DNA from: Candidatus Margulisiibacteriota bacterium
GTDB lineage: Bacteria > Margulisbacteria > WOR-1 > CAVSGV01 > JBHPDX01
DNA length: 64,000 bases
Direction: 5' to 3'
Assembly: GCA_042577445.1 (NCBI GenBank)
Contig: JBHPDX010000001.1
Location: forward strand, 6,614-70,613
Position numbers and translations under genes: made by a program. This document shows, piece by piece, positions 57,208 through 64,000 of this stretch; within the stretch, counting starts at the first letter, position 1; the number at the start of each line of letters is the position of its first letter. The notes under the pieces were generated by a model. It saw nothing but the letters and a program-made list of their open reading frames with translations, did not search any database and was not told where the DNA came from.

Positions 57208-58218
57208 CTACACAGCGAAGTACAGCCACACAAGATAGACAGCTATGATCGCGGATGTTTCGTACTTTACTATATTTAATATCTTCTTTTTTGGCTTGAA
57301 CTTGATCCCAATTATAGCTATTCCCATGAGCAGCAATGCCACCAGCGCGGTCGATATATTATTTGATGAAACAGCGGCGAACAAAGATCCTTTCCTATAT
57401 AGAATGTCGGCAACGGGCAAAATGGATATATTGAAAGCGTAGCTCCCCAGAAGATTTCCCACTGCCATATTGATAGCGCCCAATCTAAGGGCAAAAAATG
57501 ATACAATAAATTCCGGCATAACGGTGGCGACCGCCAGAAAAAAGCTTCCTACAAATGTCTGTTTGAATCCCATCACGATGGCTATTTTCTCGCCGATGTA
57601 CGGCAGCCACGCGCCGACAGCGATCACTATCAGGGCAAAGAATACCATTTTAGAATAGGCTTCAAAGTTGGATATATGTTCATATTCCTTGGCCAAAATT
57701 CCTTTTTCCGCAAGCTCTTCCTGTTGTTTCTTTTCAAAGTTAAAGATCATCCTATTGCCGATGAGGAAAACCGCCAGGATAAGGAACGAGAACAGGCTTA
57801 TCCCAAAAACGGTCAAACTTGCGTAGCCCTGGCTAATGAATATTGCCAGAGCTGCAAGAGACATTAGTATTATGCCCATCTCCGAAGTTAGGAGATTCCC
57901 TTTGGCAATATCGTTCAGTATGCAGCGGTTTTTCTTGAAGCCATAAACAAGGTTTAAAAGCCCTATTGCGAATATGTTCAACATGCAGGCTCCGAAGATA
58001 TTGCTGACTGAAAGGTCTGGAATATCAAAAAAAGTTACGGCGCTTATGCTGTTAGCGAATTCAGGAAGGGATGTAATGACCGCCAGCACAACGAATCCTA
58101 TCCATAATTGCCCCAAACCTGACTTTTCCGCTATGACATCGCCGTATTTTGATACCCGCGATCCTGCGTATAGTATCAGCAGCAGACATATTATGAATTG
58201 TAGCCAGATGATCAACAT
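57208..58218 (-). CDS. Ca2+:cation antiporter (CaCA / YrbG-like)
   Basis: The two alpha-repeats are ITSLPEFANSISA and ATVMPEFIVSFFA. Confidence 0.75.
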   Translation of the reverse strand: MLIIWLQFIICLLLILYAGSRVSKYGDVIAEKSGLGQLWIGFVVLAVITSLPEFANSISAVTFFDIPDLSVSNIFGACMLNIFAIGLLNLVYGFKKNRCILNDIAKGNLLTSEMGIILMSLAALAIFISQGYASLTVFGISLFSFLILAVFLIGNRMIFNFEKKQQEELAEKGILAKEYEHISNFEAYSKMVFFALIVIAVGAWLPYIGEKIAIVMGFKQTFVGSFFLAVATVMPEFIVSFFALRLGAINMAVGNLLGSYAFNISILPVADILYRKGSLFAAVSSNNISTALVALLLMGIAIIGIKFKPKKKILNIVKYETSAIIAVYLVWLYFAV

Positions 58219-58285
58219 TTGATATGATTATAACAAATTTTTCTACTTGAACAAACTTCTGAAACCTTGTAATATTCTTCCTGTT

Positions 58286-59179
58286 ATGACTAACAAAGCA
58301 ATAACAAAAGTAGAACTTTCAGGGATCAAATTATTTAAGCGCGGTAAGGTCAGAGATGTATTTGATCTTGATGATAAACTTATGATCGTTGCTACCGACC
58401 GCATCTCCTGTTTTGACTGTGTACTTCCAACGCCCATTTCCGATAAGGGCAAGATATTGACCCAGCTTTCACTTTTCTGGTTCGATTTCACGAAGAATAT
58501 AATCCCTAATCATATAATTTCCGCGAATGTGAAGGATTATCCGCCGGAGCTTCAAAAGTACGCGGATATTCTGGACAAGCGGTCAACTCTCGTAAAAAAA
58601 GCCGACATGATCGAGATCGAATGCGTGGTCAGGGGATATCTTTCCGGTTCCGGCTGGAAGGAATATAAAGAAACCGGTTCTGTTGCTGGCATTAAACTTC
58701 CAAAAGGCTTAAAAGAATCCTCAAAGTTACCTGAACCTATATTCACACCTTCGATCAAAGCCAAGACCGGGCATGATGAAAATATAGATGAAAAGAAGAT
58801 GAAAGAGATCATCGGTGATGAATTAGGCGAGACCTTAAAACAGAAGAGTTTGGAACTTTATAAGGCCGCCGCTAAATTTGCTGAATCAAAGGGCATTATT
58901 ATTGCGGATACTAAGTTCGAATTCGGAAAGCTGGGCGATAAGATAATCCTTATCGATGAGATCCTTACGCCCGATTCGTCCAGGTTCTGGCCGAAAGCCA
59001 CATATAAAGAGGGCGGCCCACAAAAAAGTTATGATAAACAGTTCGTCAGAGACTATCTTTTAACCCTGGATTGGGATAAGAATCCTCCTGCTCCGCCTTT
59101 GCCGGATGATGTTGTAAAGAGATCCGTAGAAAAATATATGGAAGCTCTTAAACAACTATCAGGCAAAGCTTCGATATAG
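58286..59179 (+). CDS. purC: phosphoribosylaminoimidazole-succinocarboxamide synthase (SAICAR synthetase)
   Basis: LFKRGKVRDVFDLDDKLMIVATDRISCFD matches PurC. The start is set at the internal ATG MTNKAITK. Confidence 0.88.
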   Translation: MTNKAITKVELSGIKLFKRGKVRDVFDLDDKLMIVATDRISCFDCVLPTPISDKGKILTQLSLFWFDFTKNIIPNHIISANVKDYPPELQKYADILDKRSTLVKKADMIEIECVVRGYLSGSGWKEYKETGSVAGIKLPKGLKESSKLPEPIFTPSIKAKTGHDENIDEKKMKEIIGDELGETLKQKSLELYKAAAKFAESKGIIIADTKFEFGKLGDKIILIDEILTPDSSRFWPKATYKEGGPQKSYDKQFVRDYLLTLDWDKNPPAPPLPDDVVKRSVEKYMEALKQLSGKASI

Positions 59180-59234
59180 CCCACCCAACTCTTCAGTTCG
59201 AATGCAATACCTGCGCGGTATATGAACACTATTA

Positions 59235-59720
59235 TTACGGAGTTGCCCTTATAGCCAGGATTTTTGGTTCTTTCCCTGTGTTAAGCGTGTAAATATAGAG
59301 GACTGTTTTGCCGGCCGGTGTAACAACGATATCCTTATATTTGATCGCCGCCTCCACCTTAAAACACCTTAACCCCACCTCAGGATAGCAGTGCTTATCC
59401 TCTCTTTTAATGCTCCGGATCTTCACACGGTCTACTTTTTTATTGTCTTTTTCGAATTTTTTGTAGTCCGGCCTTACATCGAACTCCAACATTTTATTCT
59501 CGCCGGTCTTGTATTTAAAAGTTAGGTCAACGAGGAGGCCGTAAGCGACTTTATATCTTTTCCTGTTGAGCGCGCTATAATATTTTTTAATGACCCTGTG
59601 GTCGCTCTGGAATAGGTTATCCAGTCCTTTTTTTATTGGCACTGAAAAAATAAATAATACAAAGAAGGCTAGGACCCAGGCCATCACTATATAAAAATCT
59701 TTTGAGAGTTTCTTACCCAT
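59235..59720 (-). CDS. membrane-anchored hypothetical protein of 161 aa
   Basis: The protein has one N-terminal TM helix. I see no recognisable domain. Confidence 0.45.
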   Translation of the reverse strand: MGKKLSKDFYIVMAWVLAFFVLFIFSVPIKKGLDNLFQSDHRVIKKYYSALNRKRYKVAYGLLVDLTFKYKTGENKMLEFDVRPDYKKFEKDNKKVDRVKIRSIKREDKHCYPEVGLRCFKVEAAIKYKDIVVTPAGKTVLYIYTLNTGKEPKILAIRATP

Positions 59721-59806
59721 GTTCAGAAATATACTATAAATGAAATATTATGTCCAATATTTTCATTTTAAATAGTTCTGATAAAAGGTATAATGACACA
59801 AGTTTT

Positions 59807-60328
59807 ATGAAAGAATTTGTCATTATGATCATATTTGTCATTGCTCTGTCAGGAAACTGCTCATCCGTGACACTTAAAAACATACCCTTTGATTCCAGTT
59901 TCCATATGGGAATAACAAGCGGTCTGGGGTTGGGTGTTGATTTTGGCGTAGATGTTGAGTTCCCCTTTGCAGGATATAAAGTGGGGGTGGAGGTCGAACA
60001 GCTGGTCACCAACATTAACTATGAGCAGAACGTCAACACGGCTAAATTCGGGTTGATGTACAAATACGGACTTTGGTCCGACTTCTACCTGACCTTCCAC
60101 GCAGGGTTCGCTTCTTTTTATCTTCCCAAGACAGTGAATTATATAGATCTTTATACCGGCCAGGAACATACTTTACCGGGCGATTATCAGGGAAGACTTT
60201 CTTATTGGGGGGTGGGATTGAATTACATGGTAGAGGAATACATAGTAACACCTAAGATATCATTTAACACTGTGGGTGGCGGCGGCACGCTTCTATCGAT
60301 AGACCTAAATGTCGGGCATGCGCTGTAA
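59807..60328 (+). CDS. small outer-membrane beta-barrel protein
   Basis: The signal peptide MKEFVIMIIFVIALSGNCSS is followed by alternating aromatic and glycine beta strands. Confidence 0.5.
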   Translation: MKEFVIMIIFVIALSGNCSSVTLKNIPFDSSFHMGITSGLGLGVDFGVDVEFPFAGYKVGVEVEQLVTNINYEQNVNTAKFGLMYKYGLWSDFYLTFHAGFASFYLPKTVNYIDLYTGQEHTLPGDYQGRLSYWGVGLNYMVEEYIVTPKISFNTVGGGGTLLSIDLNVGHAL

Positions 60329-61675
60329 CTAGAACGAGAACTTCTCCGGAAAATCCATCTTATACATTACAAGTCCGCTCTTTAGTTTGGGGTAGAAGAA
60401 CGTTGACTTCTGAGGCATTTTTTCGTATTTGTTGGCAACTGCGATGATCTGCTCCACTTTTGTGGAATCCAAGAACAAAGCCAATTTAAATTCTCCCTTT
60501 TTGACCCGCTCAAATGTTTCATTGTCGTTATGTGAAAATATGATGGAATCCTCGATCTTGTTGTCGGATATCCCCAGTATATGTTTTATTACTACAGTAT
60601 GCAGTATGGCCACGTCAAGCTTGCGCCATTCTTTCGGTTTGCCGTGGTCCATTAGTTTGTCGGCGGCTTTTTCATTCTTAAGTTTTAATAGGTAATATTT
60701 ATTAAAACCGTTTATGTACATTCCGAAAAAGTGTTCGCCTTCTTTAGCCTGAGATATTAATTTAAGTAATTTTCTTTGCGCGGACTTCTCGCTTTTTTTG
60801 GTGAACTTGATCTCGATTACCTCAAAGTATTCCTGCAGAGAGTTAAGCAGATTTATGACATCCTTTAAGTTGAGATCTTTAACCAGTCTGTGAATAGGGA
60901 GTATCAGCAGCCCCTTTTCAAAGATATTAGTGAAATACATCATTATAAAATTATATGGCTCTTCCCCGGTGGATTTTTGGGCGCGGCTGCGCATCTCATT
61001 CCTGTATTTTAGGGATGCCTCATATCTGTGATGCCCGTCGGCGATATATATCTGCTTGCTTTCCATCTCTTTTGTTATTTTGTTCAGGATACTCCTGCTG
61101 GATATTTTCCAGAGACGGTGAAGGACCTTTTCTTTGTCTTTTACCTCGACAGTCGGCTTTCTTTTTGTCGCTTTTTTAAATAATTTGGTTATTTTGTTCT
61201 TTTCGTCGGCATACAGCGAGAATATCGGCTCAAAGTTCGTGGAGCATGCCCGCAGGAGATCCTGCCTGTCGGTCTTTGGTTTAGCCAGTGTATTTTCGTG
61301 CGGGAATATCCTACCGGCTTCGAATTCTTCTATTTTAAAAAGAGCAATATATCCAAGTTTTGATATTTTTTTATTTTTGTATGAGAACTTTTGTTCATAA
61401 ACATATATTGCCGGCTCTTCATCTTTGCTCAGGATATTGTTATTCAGCCAAGCCTTGAAAAAAGCCGACGCCCTTGTGTATTTATTGTTAAGATCGGTGT
61501 CCCCAGGATAATTTTTGCCTAATATCAGGCGGATTATATTGTAGGGGTGTGTGTTGTAAAAGGCATCCTGACCCTCTGTTGAGATCACATCATAGGGCGG
61601 AGTTGTTACCTTGGCCAGATTCCCGACCAGTTTTTTATTATATGTAACGCCTTTGAAAGGAAAGATCTTTGTCAT
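60329..61675 (-). CDS. DUF1015-family protein
   Basis: The hallmark IADGHHRYEA is present and the length of about 450 aa fits the family. Confidence 0.7.
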   Translation of the reverse strand: MTKIFPFKGVTYNKKLVGNLAKVTTPPYDVISTEGQDAFYNTHPYNIIRLILGKNYPGDTDLNNKYTRASAFFKAWLNNNILSKDEEPAIYVYEQKFSYKNKKISKLGYIALFKIEEFEAGRIFPHENTLAKPKTDRQDLLRACSTNFEPIFSLYADEKNKITKLFKKATKRKPTVEVKDKEKVLHRLWKISSRSILNKITKEMESKQIYIADGHHRYEASLKYRNEMRSRAQKSTGEEPYNFIMMYFTNIFEKGLLILPIHRLVKDLNLKDVINLLNSLQEYFEVIEIKFTKKSEKSAQRKLLKLISQAKEGEHFFGMYINGFNKYYLLKLKNEKAADKLMDHGKPKEWRKLDVAILHTVVIKHILGISDNKIEDSIIFSHNDNETFERVKKGEFKLALFLDSTKVEQIIAVANKYEKMPQKSTFFYPKLKSGLVMYKMDFPEKFSF

Positions 61676-61756
61676 AAACAGGGTTAATTATAACATAGCT
61701 GTCAAATTTGTTATTGTTTTTGGTTTATGTTAAAATATTCCTGAGGGCTTATTTTT

Positions 61757-61999
61757 ATGGTAGAAGAGCCAAAAAACAACGAACTATTACGGAAAAATGT
61801 GGAGAATTTCCTGCGCTCTTACGGTACTCTATCCGCGGATGGCAGAGTGGCGTTCTTGGTTTCCCTTGATAAATCCATTAAAGGTAAAAATGAGCGGGAA
61901 AAAAGGATGTATATCGCTCTGCTTAAAGCCGCGAGAGACGGAAAAGATATCGATCAGGCTATTGAGAGCATGGACAAAGCCTCGAAAGAGGGAGAATAA
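61757..61999 (+). CDS. small hypothetical protein of 80 aa
   Basis: It is an intergenic ORF whose stop lies 1 nt before the downstream TTG start. I see no motif. Confidence 0.35.
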   Translation: MVEEPKNNELLRKNVENFLRSYGTLSADGRVAFLVSLDKSIKGKNEREKRMYIALLKAARDGKDIDQAIESMDKASKEGE

Positions 62000-62000
62000 T

Positions 62001-62330
62001 TTGCCGGCTATTTCTTTCGATGATTTTAAGAAGATGGATCTCAGGGTGGGGGAGATAAAGGAAGCGGAGGATATCCCTGGAGCGGATAAGATATATAAGG
62101 TGAAGGTGGATATCGGAGAAGAGAGGATACTTGTCGCCGGCATCAAGCCTTATTATCCAAAAGAGTCTCTGCCGGGAAAAAAAGTAGTTGTACTTGCGAA
62201 TCTGGAACCGCGAACTATCAGAGGGGTTGAAAGTAAGGGCATGATACTTGCTGCTGTTTCGGAAGACAGATCAAAGCTTACCATGCTGACAGTGGATCAG
62301 GATATGCCCAACGGAACAAAGGTCTCTTAA
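62001..62330 (+). CDS. tRNA-binding domain protein (CsaA/Trbp111/EMAP-like OB fold)
   Basis: FDDFKKMDLRVGEIKEAEDIPGADKIYKVKVDIGEE is the Myf-domain signature. The start is TTG, with a GAGGGAG RBS 6 nt upstream. Confidence 0.75.
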   Translation: MPAISFDDFKKMDLRVGEIKEAEDIPGADKIYKVKVDIGEERILVAGIKPYYPKESLPGKKVVVLANLEPRTIRGVESKGMILAAVSEDRSKLTMLTVDQDMPNGTKVS

Positions 62331-62830
62331 AGCTTCATGTACATTCCGCCGGTCATATTGGCGCTTACCGAAGTGTAATTAATGCTCCCATCCTTTATAT
62401 CTGGAATGGTGTATTTTATCTCAAATCCGGCAATGAACGTCAACATGTTCAGAGCGATACCCGCCACAGCATGTATGCCTGTTGTGGAAGCCGATACACC
62501 ATCGATCTTCTTGTCGTAATAACCTATACCGCCTCCGATATACGGTTCAAGCGGCGCACCCGGCGCGGGATATCCCATAAGCGTAAGTGTTATTGGCGTT
62601 AAGGAATACTGTGATCCTCCCGCAGTATAATTAGCATTTTCGACCGCCAATTGGGCCAAGAAATGCGGTCCCAGGTTGTAATCGGCATCAATGCCGAGCA
62701 TCAGCGTTGATGATGCTCCCGCTTCCGGAGGCATAAAATATGATACACGAGTGCCTATGGACAGCTCTGCAGCGAATACCTGCAAACTCATAAAACTTAA
62801 AATGATCAGAACTAATAAGGCTTTTTTCAT
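62327..62830 (-). CDS. small outer-membrane beta-barrel protein
   Basis: The signal peptide is MKKALLVLIILSFMSLQVFA. The mature part is rich in Gly, Tyr and Ala beta strands. Confidence 0.55.
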   Translation of the reverse strand: MKKALLVLIILSFMSLQVFAAELSIGTRVSYFMPPEAGASSTLMLGIDADYNLGPHFLAQLAVENANYTAGGSQYSLTPITLTLMGYPAPGAPLEPYIGGGIGYYDKKIDGVSASTTGIHAVAGIALNMLTFIAGFEIKYTIPDIKDGSINYTSVSANMTGGMYMKL

Positions 62831-62841
62831 GATCTACTCCC

Positions 62842-63699
62842 TTAAGTGATCGCGCCGGTCAGAGCCTCGATCAGTCTTTCCAGATCTTCCTGTGAGTAAT
62901 ACTCTATCTCTATTTTCCCTTTTTTTGCAGAACCCCGAACCCTTACTTTTGTCCCTAAGTGTGTGGTTAAAAGTTCCGTCAGGTCATTCAGTTCCACGTT
63001 CTTTGTATGTTTTTTCTTTTTCGATCTTGTTCCTTTCGAAGGTTTCCCCCCGTGTATTATCTGTTCAACATCTCGGACCGTCAGGTTGTTCTTTATGATC
63101 TCTTTCCAAAGAGCCGTGCGTTCGCTGTGCGATTGAAGTGAGAGTAGAGGACGCGCGTGTCCCACGCTTATCTGGTTCTTGCGGATGCTCACCTGTATCT
63201 CATGCGGCAGCTCTATCAGGCGCATCATATTCGCCACCGTTGACCTGTTCTTGCCCACTTTTTTGGAGATATCATTCTGAGTAAGATGAAATTCCGTCGC
63301 CAGCTTATTATATGCCTCTGCTTCATCCATTGGGTTCAGGTCTTCTCTTTGCAGGTTCTCGACCAATGCTATTTCCAGGGATTCTTCATCGCTTAGATCC
63401 TTGATGATGGCTGGAATGAGCGTTAAGCCGGCTTTTTTTGATGCCCTCCATCTTCTTTCTCCGGCGATGATCTCATATTTTCCGTTCTTTGGTCTGGCCA
63501 GGATCGGCTGTGCTATGCCTTGGGCTTTTATCGATTCGGCCAGCTCAGCTATGGTGTCGGCATGAAAATCCCCTCTTGGCTGCCTGGGATTGGGATATAA
63601 TTTATTAACGTCCACATTGATGATCGTTCTCCCTCCAAGCAGCACGCTTGTTTCCGGGATCAGGGCGGCAAGACCCTTTCCTAAACCTTTTCTTTGCAT
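62842..63699 (-). CDS. parB: chromosome partitioning protein ParB
   Basis: GLGKGLAALI, ELAESIKAQGIAQPILARP, the HTH and the K-rich C-terminal region are all present. Confidence 0.9.
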   Translation of the reverse strand: MQRKGLGKGLAALIPETSVLLGGRTIINVDVNKLYPNPRQPRGDFHADTIAELAESIKAQGIAQPILARPKNGKYEIIAGERRWRASKKAGLTLIPAIIKDLSDEESLEIALVENLQREDLNPMDEAEAYNKLATEFHLTQNDISKKVGKNRSTVANMMRLIELPHEIQVSIRKNQISVGHARPLLSLQSHSERTALWKEIIKNNLTVRDVEQIIHGGKPSKGTRSKKKKHTKNVELNDLTELLTTHLGTKVRVRGSAKKGKIEIEYYSQEDLERLIEALTGAIT

Positions 63700-63733
63700 A
63701 AGAAACCCTCCTTAAAACTTTTAAGCCGCAGAA

Positions 63734-64000
63734 TTATAAATGCCCGTTGAGTATCTCTTTTGACAGGCTTTCGTAAGCTACAGCGCCTGATGATGACGGA
63801 TCATAAAAAACGATCGGTTGCCCGAAAGACGGCGCTTCCGCCAGTCTTACATTTCTAGGGATCACGCTCTTAAAGACCTTGCCGCCAAAATGGCTTCGTG
63901 CTTCATCTGCTACCTGTTCCGAAAGCACTGTTCTAGTGTCGTACATTGTAAGTAAAATGCCGCATATGTGCAAGTCCGGGTTCAAACTCTTCCTGATCAG
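63734..64000 (-). CDS. parA: chromosome partitioning ATPase ParA/Soj; C-terminal part only, N-terminus beyond the 3' window edge
   Basis: ICGILLTMYDTRT...VIPRNVRLAEAPSFGQPIVFYD is the ParA C-terminus. The frame stays open to the window end. Confidence 0.85.
   Translation of the reverse strand: MIRKSLNPDLHICGILLTMYDTRTVLSEQVADEARSHFGGKVFKSVIPRNVRLAEAPSFGQPIVFYDPSSSGAVAYESLSKEILNGHL

Noticed and set aside
59750-59806. Upstream start for the small OMP gene (MSNIFILNSSDKRYNDTSF...)
   Set aside because: It would place 19 polar residues before the signal peptide. The ATG at 59807 yields a canonical signal peptide.

Overview
This 64-kb window looks like chromosomal DNA from an AT-rich bacterium, not a plasmid or phage. 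I found no rRNA or tRNA genes, no CRISPR array, no transposase or integrase, and no reverse transcriptase. Coding density is high and most genes are housekeeping.

The recognisable genes, in order along the window:
- ilvB, ilvN, a small Cys-rich membrane protein and ilvC on the minus strand, with the ilvC C-terminus running off the 5' edge.
- An unknown 427-aa protein, then ilvD and the alanine/glycine symporter agcS.
- A 936-aa orphan protein ending in a GGDEF domain, then aroC.
- A Firmicutes-style rpsP–ylqC–ylqD–trmD–(SPOUT-like)–rplS operon without rimM.
- A 686-aa surface lipoprotein (Big_2 domains plus propeller-like repeats), then rnhB, hup, an Avd-like four-helix-bundle gene, yraN and comM.
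- A plus-strand run of uncharacterised genes co-directional with ruvC–ruvA: a small beta-barrel protein, a zinc-ribbon protein, a PilX_N/beta-helix protein, a LarA-family protein and an NHL-repeat protein.
- A minus-strand mdh–fumA–fumB operon extended by a truncated SBP_bac_5-like protein, a 75-aa ORF and yqeG.
- A patatin-like lipase.
- A long minus-strand block: ksgA, pdxA, an aminotransferase, lipA, lpdA and gatBAC.
- tsaD, a Na+/H+ antiporter, a CBS protein, a PfkB kinase and a PlsC-like acyltransferase.
- A secreted DJ-1/PfpI protein, a ClC channel and arsC.
- A trehalose cluster, otsA–otsB–(unknown)–treT.
- A DUF389 protein, a CaCA exchanger, purC, a DUF1015 protein and a CsaA-like tRNA-binding protein.
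- parB and a partial parA at the 3' edge.

Three beta-barrel outer-membrane proteins and several lipoproteins suggest a diderm envelope. Four sigma70-like promoters match the consensus closely and two intrinsic terminators are clear.

The best candidates for previously undescribed biology are:
- the 22.4–26.3 kb run of uncharacterised genes that is co-directional with ruvCA;
- the orphan 936-aa GGDEF protein with an unrecognisable 640-aa N-terminal region;
- the Cys-rich four-helix membrane protein inserted inside the ilv operon;
- the truncated substrate-binding-protein-like gene with an Ada-like zinc motif inside the mdh–fum operon.

All functional calls come from reading the provided translations against remembered family motifs. 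No database search was run.
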